Positions 20,360-29,813 of a stretch of DNA of 64,000 nucleotides are shown here, piece after piece (position 1 is the stretch's first letter; each line of letters starts with the position of its first letter). The notes below the pieces were generated by a model. It saw only the letters and a program-made list of their open reading frames with translations. It made no database searches and was not told the DNA's origin. Source of the stretch: Planctomycetota bacterium (GTDB lineage Bacteria > Planctomycetota > UBA1135 > UBA2386); NCBI GenBank assembly GCA_965228735.1, contig OZ245838.1:2368001-2432000 (forward strand), read 5' to 3'. The translations under genes were made by a program, and so were the position numbers.

Positions 20360-20487
20360 GTGTGACGACCTCGCGGAAAGAGTCCGTCGGGTCCTAGTGC
20401 CAGGTTCTCCGCGGTCACGCGCAGCAATCGCCATGCCATTGCAGATATCGCGCCGGCGCCGGTGACTCCGACGCGGACCGCCGACCC

Positions 20488-23400
20488 GTGTCCTATGCTC
20501 ACCCGGTGCTCGAAGCCTTCCATCCGACGGTCGCCACGTGGTTCCAGGACCGCCTCGGTCAGCCATCCGAACCGCAGCTTCTGGGCTGGCCGCGGATCCA
20601 GGCCGGCGACCACGCGCTGATCGCGGCGCCGACCGGATCCGGCAAGACGCTCGCCGCGTTCCTGCACGCCCTCGACGACCTGCTGCGGCGCGGCGACGCG
20701 TTGCCCGCCGAACTGCAGATCGTCTACGTCTCGCCGCTCCGCGCGCTCGCCAACGACGTGCAGAAGAACCTGCAGCAGCCGCTCGCGGAGCTGCGGGAGC
20801 GCGACCCGACGTTGCCCGAGGTGCGCGTCGCGGTGCGTTCGGGCGACACGCCGGCGAGTCAGCGGACGGCGATGCTGCGGCGACCGCCGCACATCCTCGT
20901 GACGACGCCGGAATCGCTCTACATCCTCACGACGACCGAGCGCGGCCGGGCGATGCTCGGCTCGGCACGGACGTTGATCATCGACGAGATCCACGCGCTC
21001 GCCGCGAGCAAGCGCGGCAGCCACCTCGCGCTCACGGTCGAACGGCTCGATCGACTCGTGACGCAGAGCGGCGGCCGGCTGCAGCGCATCGGACTGTCAG
21101 CCACCCAGCGCCCGATCGACCAGACGGCCGGCCTGCTCGTCGGCCGCGGGCGCGAGTGCGCGATCGTCGACGTCGGCCACCGGCGCGACCTCGACCTCGC
21201 GCTCGAGGTTCCGGGCGCGCCGCTCGAGACGATCTGTTCGACCGAGACCTGGAACGAGGCGTTCGGTCGCATGGCCGAGCTCATCGCCGAACACAAGACG
21301 ACGCTCGTCTTCGCCAACACGCGCAAGATGGCAGAACGGGTCGCGGCCAGGCTCGGCGAGGTCATCGGCAAGGAGCAGGTCACGAGTCACCACGGCTCGT
21401 TGAGCAAGGCGCGGCGCCTCGATGCCGAGCAGCGGTTGAAACACGGCCAGCTCAAGGCGCTCGTCGCGACCGCGTCCCTCGAGCTCGGCATCGACATCGG
21501 CGACGTCGACCTCGTGATCCAGATCGGGCCGACGCCGTCGATCGCGGCGTTCCTGCAGCGCGTCGGGCGCGCGGGCCACGGCATCGGGCGCCTGCCGAAG
21601 GGCCGGCTGTTCCCGCTCACGCGCGACGAGTTCGCGGCGTGCACCGCGTTGCTCTACGCGGTCCGCCACGGCGACCTCGACAAGACCCACCAGCCGGTGG
21701 CGCCGCTCGACATCCTCGCGCAGCAGATCGTCGCCGCGTGTGCGAGCGAGACGGTGCCCGAGGACGAACTCTTCGAGCTGTGTCGCACCGCCTGGCCGTA
21801 TCGCGACCTCCCCCGCGAACGGTTCGACGCGACGCTCGCGCTGCACGCGACCGGTCGCACGGCGCTGCTCCACCGCGACTCGATCCACAAGACCGCGCGC
21901 GGCACGCGGCGCGCGCGGCTGACCGCCGTGACGTGCGGCGGCGCGATCCCCGACGTCGCGGATTGGCAAGTCGTGCTCGACCACGACGACACGCCGGTCG
22001 GCACGGTGCACGAAGACTTCGCGATCGAGTCGTCCGTCGGCGACGTGTTCCAGCTCGGCACGACGAGCTGGCAGGTCGTGCGCGTCAGCAGCGGGCAGCT
22101 GCGCGTCAACGATGCGCACGGGGTACCGCCGAACCTGCCGTTCTGGATCGCGGAAGGGCCGTCGCGCTCGGACGAACTCGCGGCCGCGGTGGCGCACGTG
22201 CGCGAGCACGGCGTCGATCCCGACTGGCTCGTGCGCGAGTGCGGCCTGACGGAGGCCGCTGCCGAACAGCTCGCGGAGTATCTCAGGGCCGGCGCGGAAG
22301 CGCTCGGCGCGATGCCGACGCAGGACCAGCTCGTGCTCGAACGCTTCTTCGACGAGACGGGCGGTCAGCAGCTCGTGCTCCACAGCCCGTTCGGCAGCCG
22401 GTTGAACCGTGCTTTCGGGCTCGCGCTGCGCAAGAAGTTCTGCGTCGGCTTCGGCTACGAGCTGCAGGCCGCGGCGAACGAAGAGGCGCTCGTGATCTCG
22501 CTCGGGCCGATGCACAGCTTCGCGCTCGGCGACGTGTGGTCGTTCGTGCACCCCAACACGGCGAAGGACACGCTGATCCAGGCGATGCTGCCAGCGCCGA
22601 TGTTCCAGGCGCGCTGGCGCTGGAACGCGACGCGGTCGCTGCTCGTCGAGCGGTTCCGCGCGGGCAAGAAGGTGCCGCCGCCCCTGCTGCGCTTCCGCGC
22701 GGACGATGCGCTCGCGGCGGCGTTCCCGCAGGCGCAGGCCTGTCCGGAGACGCTGCCCGGCGGTCCCATCGACGTGCCGCTCGATCACCCCGTCGTCGGG
22801 CAGACCGTCGCCGACAGCCTGCACGAGGCGATGGACGTCGACGCGTTGATGCGGCTGCTGCGCCGGATCCGCGGCGGCGAGATCGCGCTGCGCGAGGTCG
22901 ACCTCAGCGAGCCATCACCGTTCGCCGAGTCGATCCTCAACGCGATGCCGTATGCGTTCCTCGACGACGCGCCCCTCGAAGAACGCCGCACGCAGGCCGT
23001 GACGCGGGCCCAGCGCGGCAGTCGGCAGGCTCCGACGCCCGATAGCGAGCTCGATCTGCAGGCGCTGCGGCAGGTGCAGGAAGAGTGCTGGCCCGATCCG
23101 CGGAGCGCAGCCGAACTGCACGAGGCGCTCGGCTGGATGGGCTGGCTCGACGATGGCGAGGTCACCGCGGATTGGCGGGACTGGCTCGCCGAACTCGCGG
23201 CGGACGGACGCGCGGTCGCTGCCGAGCTCGCGACGGGGCGGCGGTGGTACGCGGCCGAGGCGGACCGCGAAATCGTGGCCGCGTGGCGCGGCCGCCTCGA
23301 GGCCGTCATTCCGGTGTGGCTCGACGAGGTCGCGCCCGCGGACCACGAAGCGCTGCGCGCGCTCGAGGCCGAGGGCACCGCGATGCGCGCGCGCGCCGAC

Positions 23401-24336
23401 GGCCGCGAGCTGATCGCGCACCGCCGGCTGCTCGCGCGGGTGCGCAACGCGATGATCGAACGGTTGCGGGCCGCGGTGCAGCCCGTCAGCAAGGTCGACT
23501 ACGAGGCGTTCCTGCGGTCCTGGCAGGGCCGCACCGACGCGACGCGGCGCCGCGGTCCGATGGGTCTCGGCGAGACGCTGCGGCAATTCGCCGGCGCCCA
23601 GATGCCGGCGCGCGAGTGGGAACGCGAGATCCTCGGCGGCAGCGTGGCGGACTACCAGCGCGACTGGCTCGATCAGGCGACGCTGTCCGGCGAGTTCGTC
23701 TGGCTACGGTTGTTCGGACCGTGGCGCGGCCCGCTCGGCAAGTGCCCGCTCGCGCTCGTGCAACGCCAGGACCTGCACCTCTGGCTCGAGCTGCCGCTGC
23801 AGCGCTTCGATCCCGCGGCGCTCACCGGCGCGGCGCGGACCGTGCACGACCTGCTCGCGAGTCGCGGCGCGCTGTTCCCGACCGACCTGCAGAACGGCTC
23901 CGGCCTGCTGCCGAGCCAGCTCGAGGACGGCCTGGCGGAGCTCGTCGGGCTCGGCCTCATCACGTGCGACTCGTTCGCCGCGATGCGCCAGCTCGCCGTG
24001 CCGCCGTCGCGCCGCAAGTTCCCGCTCTACTCCGTCGGCCGCTGGAGCCTGCTGCCGCTGCCGCCCGCCGACACGCGCGCGAGCGAGGACGCGATCGAAC
24101 TGTGCGCCCGTGCCTTGCTGCAGCGCTACGGCGTGATCAGCCACACGCTGCTGCAGGACGAACGGTGCCCCGTGCCGTGGCGCCTGCTGCTGCGCACGCT
24201 GCGCGCCCTCGAACTGCGCGGCGAGGCCCGCGGCGGCCGCTTCGTCACGGGCTGGATCGGCGAGCAGTACGCGCTGCCGCACGCGGTGCAGGCGCTGCGC
24301 GAAGCACGAAACCAGCGTCAGGTCGAGACCGCCTGA
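20488..24336 (+). CDS. lhr: Lhr-like ATP-dependent DEAD/DEAH helicase with C-terminal winged-helix region
   Basis: APTGSGKT, YVSPLRAL, TTPESL, DEIH, KRGSHL, GLSATQRP, HHGSL, SLELGIDIG, QRVGRAGH; C-terminal LLQRYGV...GGRFVTGWIGEQYALP. Confidence 0.9.
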   Translation: MSYAHPVLEAFHPTVATWFQDRLGQPSEPQLLGWPRIQAGDHALIAAPTGSGKTLAAFLHALDDLLRRGDALPAELQIVYVSPLRALANDVQKNLQQPLAELRERDPTLPEVRVAVRSGDTPASQRTAMLRRPPHILVTTPESLYILTTTERGRAMLGSARTLIIDEIHALAASKRGSHLALTVERLDRLVTQSGGRLQRIGLSATQRPIDQTAGLLVGRGRECAIVDVGHRRDLDLALEVPGAPLETICSTETWNEAFGRMAELIAEHKTTLVFANTRKMAERVAARLGEVIGKEQVTSHHGSLSKARRLDAEQRLKHGQLKALVATASLELGIDIGDVDLVIQIGPTPSIAAFLQRVGRAGHGIGRLPKGRLFPLTRDEFAACTALLYAVRHGDLDKTHQPVAPLDILAQQIVAACASETVPEDELFELCRTAWPYRDLPRERFDATLALHATGRTALLHRDSIHKTARGTRRARLTAVTCGGAIPDVADWQVVLDHDDTPVGTVHEDFAIESSVGDVFQLGTTSWQVVRVSSGQLRVNDAHGVPPNLPFWIAEGPSRSDELAAAVAHVREHGVDPDWLVRECGLTEAAAEQLAEYLRAGAEALGAMPTQDQLVLERFFDETGGQQLVLHSPFGSRLNRAFGLALRKKFCVGFGYELQAAANEEALVISLGPMHSFALGDVWSFVHPNTAKDTLIQAMLPAPMFQARWRWNATRSLLVERFRAGKKVPPPLLRFRADDALAAAFPQAQACPETLPGGPIDVPLDHPVVGQTVADSLHEAMDVDALMRLLRRIRGGEIALREVDLSEPSPFAESILNAMPYAFLDDAPLEERRTQAVTRAQRGSRQAPTPDSELDLQALRQVQEECWPDPRSAAELHEALGWMGWLDDGEVTADWRDWLAELAADGRAVAAELATGRRWYAAEADREIVAAWRGRLEAVIPVWLDEVAPADHEALRALEAEGTAMRARADGRELIAHRRLLARVRNAMIERLRAAVQPVSKVDYEAFLRSWQGRTDATRRRGPMGLGETLRQFAGAQMPAREWEREILGGSVADYQRDWLDQATLSGEFVWLRLFGPWRGPLGKCPLALVQRQDLHLWLELPLQRFDPAALTGAARTVHDLLASRGALFPTDLQNGSGLLPSQLEDGLAELVGLGLITCDSFAAMRQLAVPPSRRKFPLYSVGRWSLLPLPPADTRASEDAIELCARALLQRYGVISHTLLQDERCPVPWRLLLRTLRALELRGEARGGRFVTGWIGEQYALPHAVQALREARNQRQVETA

Positions 24337-24338
24337 GA

Positions 24339-24435
24339 ACCCGTACGGAACCTGGTTCATGCTGCCGGCCGCCGCAACGCCACCCGCGAGGCAACGCCCT
24401 CGCGGCCGGCAGCATGAACCAGGTTCCGTACGGGT
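24339..24435. repeat. Repeat family B: REPIN-like hairpin with a perfect 34-bp inverted repeat
   Basis: ACCCGTACGGAACCTGGTTCATGCTGCCGGCCGC at 24339-24372 and its exact reverse complement at 24402-24435, between convergent stops. Confidence 0.9.
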
Positions 24436-25853
24436 CACTTCGGCCACTCGGTGATCAGGCGGAACGGGCGGTCCTTCGCGAAGACCTTCTGCACGACGAA
24501 GACCTCGATCGGGCTGCCCTGCCACTGGCCGCGGAACGTGAGTGCCTGGCGTTCGACGTCCACCATGGTCCGGAAGTCCTCGGGTTGCCGCGGCGCCGGG
24601 TGAAAGCCCTTGCGCGTCACTGTGGAGCGCTCGAACTGCCAGACGAGCGGTTCTCGATCCGGACCGCGCGGCGTCAGCGTGACGATCGCCGCTTCGAGGT
24701 CTTCCGCGTACTCGAAGCTCCAGACCCGGCCGGAGCGCGCCCGAATCCGCAACGTGTTGCCGCGGTCGATCGCGACGTCGCGCCAGCGCGCGGGATCGCT
24801 GACCGGCACCGACTCGCCATCTCGCTGCTGCCGTTCGACCTGCCACAGACCGAACAGCTCGGGCTTGCTGCGCTGCCCCGACTGCAGCCGTTCATGCGTG
24901 GCGTAGTTCGCGAACGCGCCGTTCGCGCAGGCGGCCGCCGCCCACAGGCACCCGACGATCAGGAGCGGCCAGCCGAGCCACGCGCTCTTCGTCACGCGCA
25001 GGTCCACGGGCGCCGCGTTGCCGTGGCTGATGAACAACGCCCACAGCCGATGCCGGTACGGCAGCAGCAGGAGCAGCGAGATCAGGAACAGGTGGGTCGA
25101 GAACTGCTTGAGCGGAACGTCGTAGAGCCAGTTGAGGGCGCACACGTTGGCCATGACGGCAGCCGTGATGCACGCGCCGAGCAGCGCCGTCCGCCGGTGC
25201 AGCAGCAGCGCGAAGCCGAGCAGTTCGCCGAGCCCGCCGAGGAACTCGTAGGTCGGGCTGTGGCCCATGAACGTCCACGCGACCGAGCTCGGCACGAGAT
25301 CACCGACCTCGCGCGTGAGGACCGCGACCGTCGCGTCCTGGAACTGATGGCCGAACAGCTTGGGCCACGCGTACTCGAGCATGTGCAGCGCCAGGAACCA
25401 GCGCGCGCCGAGGTGCAGCCAGCGCCCGAGCACCGGGTGGCCGGTCCTGCGGCGATCGATGACCGACCAGATCGCGGTGAGCAGCACCGCGAGGATCCCG
25501 ACATAGGCGACGCGGGTCCACGCCGCGCCGGTGTCGCTGCGAATCGTCGCCGTATGAATCATCTCGGCACCGAACGTCAGGCCGCAGTCCTGCAGCCACG
25601 TGAGCGCGGCCTCCCAGCCCTGCCGCGGCAGCTCGGCCCACTCGTTCCACGCTGCCCGCGCGCGCATCGCGAACCCGGGCAGGTACTGGCCTTCGGGCAA
25701 CAGTCGCTGCCACGCACCGAACAGCGCCTTGGGCAGCGCCGCGAGCGGTGCCGGGAACGCGTAGAGCACGAAGTGCAGGGTGAGGTACCGCACGACGAGT
25801 CGGTGCCACAACGGCCACTCGGGCGCGGTCTCGTCGGTAGTCGAATCGCTCAT
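24435..25853 (-). CDS. DoxX-like multi-pass membrane protein (paralog 1)
   Basis: Multiple TM helices; YAWPKLFGHQF, WTFMGHS, ANVCALNWLYDVPLKQFSTHL. Confidence 0.75.
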   Translation of the reverse strand: MSDSTTDETAPEWPLWHRLVVRYLTLHFVLYAFPAPLAALPKALFGAWQRLLPEGQYLPGFAMRARAAWNEWAELPRQGWEAALTWLQDCGLTFGAEMIHTATIRSDTGAAWTRVAYVGILAVLLTAIWSVIDRRRTGHPVLGRWLHLGARWFLALHMLEYAWPKLFGHQFQDATVAVLTREVGDLVPSSVAWTFMGHSPTYEFLGGLGELLGFALLLHRRTALLGACITAAVMANVCALNWLYDVPLKQFSTHLFLISLLLLLPYRHRLWALFISHGNAAPVDLRVTKSAWLGWPLLIVGCLWAAAACANGAFANYATHERLQSGQRSKPELFGLWQVERQQRDGESVPVSDPARWRDVAIDRGNTLRIRARSGRVWSFEYAEDLEAAIVTLTPRGPDREPLVWQFERSTVTRKGFHPAPRQPEDFRTMVDVERQALTFRGQWQGSPIEVFVVQKVFAKDRPFRLITEWPK

Positions 25854-25903
25854 GTGTTCTCCTCGGGTGCCCTACCGGCTCACTGCTGGACGCGCCAATC
25901 GGG

Positions 25904-27340
25904 TCAGCGCGGGAACTCCCGGACGAGCCGGAACGGGTCGTGCAGCCGGAACACCTTCTTGACCGTGAACAACTCGATGGACTGTCCGCGCCATTCGCCG
26001 ACGAAGCGGATGGCCTCCCGCTCGACGTCGATGCGCTTCGTGAAGTCCTCACGCCGCTGCGGCGCGGGGTCGCCCGCCTTGCGCGTCACCGTCGAGCGCT
26101 CAATCGTCCAAACGATCGGCTCGACGTCCTGCCCGCGCGGCGTCAGCGTCACCGTGCCGGCCTCGAGATCTTCCTCGTAGCTGAACGGATACGCCTGCCC
26201 CCGCAACGTCCGTGCGAGCGCGTAACCGCCACGGTCGATCGCGAGCGATTTCCAGCGCATCGCGTCGTCGTAGTTGATCGGCTTGCCATCCCGCAACATG
26301 CGCTCGACCTCCCACAGCCCGTAGAGCGCCGGCTTCTTCAACGACGTCTCGAGGCGCTTGCTGTAGGACTCGCTGCGCGACCACACGCTGGTCGTCGCGT
26401 GACCAGCGGCCCACAGGACGCCGAGGATCAGCAGCGGCCAGCCGAGCCACGGCGACTTCACGACGCGCAGATCGACCGGCTCCGACGCGCGGTTGCTGAC
26501 GAACAGCGCCCAGAGCCGATGGCGGAACGGTGCCATGAGGAAGACCGCGCCGAGCAGCAGGTGCGTCGAGTACAGCTTGACGGGCACGGCGTAGAACCAG
26601 TTGAGCGCGCACACGTTGGCCATCACCCCCACGACCACGAAGCTCCCCATGAGCGCGGTGCGGCGGTGCAGCAACAGCACGAAGCCGAGGATCTCGCCGA
26701 TCCCCGCGAAGTACTTGTAGGGCGTGCTCGCGCCCATGAACGTCCACACGAGTCCCATCGGCGAATGATCGCCGACCTCGCGCGTGAGCGCGCCGATGTT
26801 CGGCTCGAGGAACTGCCCGCCATAGAACTTCGAGAGCCCGTAGCTCAGCATCGGCAGCGCGACGTACCACCGCGCCCCGAGATGCACCCAGCGACCGAGC
26901 ACGGGGTGACCCGTCGGCCGGCGGTCGAGCGCCGACCAGAGCGCCGTGAGGAGCGCCGAGATCACGATGATGCACGCGAGCCGCACGTACGCGTGCCCCG
27001 TGTCGCCGCTGCCCGTCGGCTGGTGGATCACCTCGATGTCGAACGTCAGGCCGTTCTCCCAGAGCCACGTGGTCAGATCCTTCCACCACTGATACGGCTT
27101 CCCCGACCAGCTCCCGATGTGCTTGAACGTGTCGGCCGCCCATTCGGGCATCTCGCCACCCTCGGGCAGGCAACGCCGCCAGACCGCGGCAACCGTCGAC
27201 GGCAGGCTGCTCAGCGGCGACGGGAACGCGTAGAGCAACCAGTGCAGCGTGAGGTAGCGAAACGCGATGCGCTGCCACAGCGGCCAGACGGGCCGGCCAT
27301 CGGCAGCGGGCAACGGCGGGACAGCGGGGCGGTCGGTCAC
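25904..27340 (-). CDS. DoxX-like multi-pass membrane protein (paralog 2)
   Basis: TGSGDT, YGLSKFYGGQF, SPMGLVWTFMGAS, ANVCALNWFYAVPVKLYSTHL; colinear with paralog 1. Confidence 0.75.
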   Translation of the reverse strand: MTDRPAVPPLPAADGRPVWPLWQRIAFRYLTLHWLLYAFPSPLSSLPSTVAAVWRRCLPEGGEMPEWAADTFKHIGSWSGKPYQWWKDLTTWLWENGLTFDIEVIHQPTGSGDTGHAYVRLACIIVISALLTALWSALDRRPTGHPVLGRWVHLGARWYVALPMLSYGLSKFYGGQFLEPNIGALTREVGDHSPMGLVWTFMGASTPYKYFAGIGEILGFVLLLHRRTALMGSFVVVGVMANVCALNWFYAVPVKLYSTHLLLGAVFLMAPFRHRLWALFVSNRASEPVDLRVVKSPWLGWPLLILGVLWAAGHATTSVWSRSESYSKRLETSLKKPALYGLWEVERMLRDGKPINYDDAMRWKSLAIDRGGYALARTLRGQAYPFSYEEDLEAGTVTLTPRGQDVEPIVWTIERSTVTRKAGDPAPQRREDFTKRIDVEREAIRFVGEWRGQSIELFTVKKVFRLHDPFRLVREFPR

Positions 27341-27454
27341 GCTGCGAGTCTACGGCGCAACCAGCGGAGCGGAGAGGCCATGCCGGGCCCGCCGAGTTCC
27401 GCGGCGCCGAACGGCAGAATTGCCCTGACCCGCCGCCCAGGTGACATTGTCGCC

Positions 27455-27928
27455 ATGCCATCGCATGGACCGAGTCGTTCGCTCTTCCCGCTCGTGGTCA
27501 TTCTGACCGGTCTGCTCGCGCTGGCCGCGTGTCAGACGTCGAGTCCACGCGCACCGCTCGATCGGAGCCGGTGCGAGACGGTTCTGCAGGAGCAGGCCGC
27601 GCAATGGAACCGCGGCGACCTGCGCGGGTTCGTCGCGACCTACATCGACGGCGACGAACTCACGTTCCTCGGCAGCGCCGGCCTGACGCGCGGCCGCGCC
27701 GACCTGCTCGCGAGGTACGAAGCCGGCTACCCGACCGCCGAAGCGCGCGGGACGCTGCGCTTCACCGTCGTCGACTTCCAGCCGCTCGGCAACGATCACG
27801 CGCTGCTGCTCGGGCGCTACGAGCTCGAACGGGCGGACCCCGATTCCGGCTACTTCTCGCTCGTCCTGCAGCGCGACGGCGACGCGATCCGGATCCTGCA
27901 CGATCACACGAGCCGCGCCGACGGGTAA
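27455..27928 (+). CDS. NTF2/SnoaL-like (DUF4440/YybH) lipoprotein
   Basis: Lipobox LAAC; QAAQWNRGDLRGFV, GYFSLV, ILHDHTS. Confidence 0.8.
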   Translation: MPSHGPSRSLFPLVVILTGLLALAACQTSSPRAPLDRSRCETVLQEQAAQWNRGDLRGFVATYIDGDELTFLGSAGLTRGRADLLARYEAGYPTAEARGTLRFTVVDFQPLGNDHALLLGRYELERADPDSGYFSLVLQRDGDAIRILHDHTSRADG

Positions 27929-28037
27929 CAGCTTTGTCCGCTGGCCCGTGAGCGGATCCAGCGCCGTTGCCGCCGACCTCCCGGCCTCCCAGAATACCGT
28001 CCGGCCGCCGCCCAGCCCGCGGTCCGAGACCACGTTC

Positions 28038-29060
28038 ATGAACCGCCACACCGCCGTCCTCGCTCTCCTCGCCACCGCCTTCCTCTGCACCGACGCGTTC
28101 GCGCAACGCGGTGGCCGCCGCGGCCGCGACGCCGAGGCCCCGAAGCTCGAGAACTACGTCTTCGACTCCGGCGCGCTCGCGACCGAGCTGCTGACGCGCG
28201 GCGAAGCGCGCTACTACGCGCTGCTGCCCAAGGGCTGGGACGGCGACGACAACGCGGGCAAGACGTTCCCGTGGATCCTCTGGCTGCCGGGCTTCGGCGG
28301 CCCGGAGGACTTCCTGCGGCGCGGCGGCGCGACGATGCTCGACGAGCTGCGCAGCGCCGACAAGATCCCGGCGATGGCGGTGATCATCTACCGCGGCGCC
28401 GGCCGGCGCTCGGTCTACATGAACGGCGAAGGCGCGGGCCGGACCGAGGACCTGCTCACGACCGAGTTCCTCACGCACGTGCAGCGCAAGTACCGGCTCT
28501 CGGACAAGCGCGGTGAACGCGCGGTCATGGGCGTCAGCGCCGGTGGCTTCGGCGCGCTCAAGGTCGCGATGCGACACTCCGACAAGTTCGTCGCGGTCGC
28601 GGCGCACAGCTCGGCGATCCTGCCGGCCGACCCCGAGGAGCTCGGCGGCATGTGGGAAGGTCGCGTCGAACGCATGCTCGAACGCGGCCTCGACAAGGAG
28701 CTCGGCAACCCGATCGATCCGGAGAAGTGGGCCGCGCACATGCCGCTCGCGATCGCCGCGAAGAAGACGAGCAAGGCGCTGAACGGGCTGCAGATCTACC
28801 TCGCCGCCGGCACGGAGGATCACTACGGCTTCTACCCGCCGAACGAGGAGCTCGCCGCCGCGCTGCAGAAGAACGAGCACCGCCATGTGTGGCACTCGGT
28901 CGACGAAGGCGGCCACGCATGGAGCAGCCCCGAGATGCGCGACAGCGTGAAGGTGTCGCTGCAGTTCGTCGGCTTCGCAGTCGCCGGCGAGGACGCGATC
29001 AGCAAGACGAAGCCGATGCTCGCGAAGGACGACGGCAAGGCCAAGGACGGCGACAAGTAG
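28038..29060 (+). CDS. Secreted alpha/beta-hydrolase (putative esterase family)
   Basis: Signal peptide ending AFA-Q; YYALLPKG, GVSAGG nucleophile elbow, GTED, GGHAW. Confidence 0.85.
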   Translation: MNRHTAVLALLATAFLCTDAFAQRGGRRGRDAEAPKLENYVFDSGALATELLTRGEARYYALLPKGWDGDDNAGKTFPWILWLPGFGGPEDFLRRGGATMLDELRSADKIPAMAVIIYRGAGRRSVYMNGEGAGRTEDLLTTEFLTHVQRKYRLSDKRGERAVMGVSAGGFGALKVAMRHSDKFVAVAAHSSAILPADPEELGGMWEGRVERMLERGLDKELGNPIDPEKWAAHMPLAIAAKKTSKALNGLQIYLAAGTEDHYGFYPPNEELAAALQKNEHRHVWHSVDEGGHAWSSPEMRDSVKVSLQFVGFAVAGEDAISKTKPMLAKDDGKAKDGDK

Positions 29061-29186
29061 CTCGCCAAGAGCGGCGCGGCATCGCGCCCGACTGGGACGA
29101 TTCCGCCCCTGCCAGCGGCGCTTCGGGTTACGCTGCCAATCCGCCTCGACCCAACTCCGCCTCGATCCAACCCCGGTATCGGTTCC

Positions 29187-29813
29187 ATGGCTGACTCCAC
29201 TCCAAAACGGCGCGGCCTCTCGCGTCGCTCGTTCCTCAAGGGCAGCGCCGTCGCGTCCGCCGGCGCCGGCCTCACCGCGGCCCCCGCGATCGCCACGGGA
29301 CCGCAGGGCCCACAGTCGTTCGGCCCCGGCGCGCACGAGATCGCGCTGAAGATCAACGGGCAGGACAAGACGGTCACGGTCGAGACGCGCACGACGCTGC
29401 TCGACGCGCTGCGCGACAGCCTCGACCTCACGGGCTGCAAGAAGATCTGCGACCGCGGCGCGTGCGGCGGGTGCACGGTGCTCGTCGACGGCGAACCCGT
29501 GAACAGCTGCCTCATGCTCGCGATGGACGGGCAGGGCACGGCGATCACCACGGTCGAGAGTCTGACCGCGGGCGACACCCCGCATCCGCTCGTCGAGTCG
29601 TTCGTGAAGTGCGACGCGATGCAGTGCGGGTTCTGCACGCCGGGCATGGTGATGAGCTCGCTCGCGTGCCTGCAGAAGCGCGGCAAGCCGACGCGCGAGG
29701 AAATGGCGCACGACCTGGCCGGCAACATCTGCCGCTGCGGCACCTACGGCCGCGTGATGGACGCCATCGAGCGCACGGCGGTGGGCGACACGGGCACGGG
29801 AGGTGGGCGATGA
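29187..29813 (+). CDS. 2Fe-2S subunit of xanthine dehydrogenase/aldehyde oxidoreductase with Tat signal (PaoA/YagT-like)
   Basis: SRRSFLK Tat motif; CDRGACGGC...SC, QCGFC, CRC. Confidence 0.92.
   Translation: MADSTPKRRGLSRRSFLKGSAVASAGAGLTAAPAIATGPQGPQSFGPGAHEIALKINGQDKTVTVETRTTLLDALRDSLDLTGCKKICDRGACGGCTVLVDGEPVNSCLMLAMDGQGTAITTVESLTAGDTPHPLVESFVKCDAMQCGFCTPGMVMSSLACLQKRGKPTREEMAHDLAGNICRCGTYGRVMDAIERTAVGDTGTGGGR

Noticed and set aside
20488..24336. Lhr helicase as an anti-phage defence system
   Set aside because: It is a stand-alone housekeeping-type Lhr with no adjacent nuclease, methylase or other defence genes
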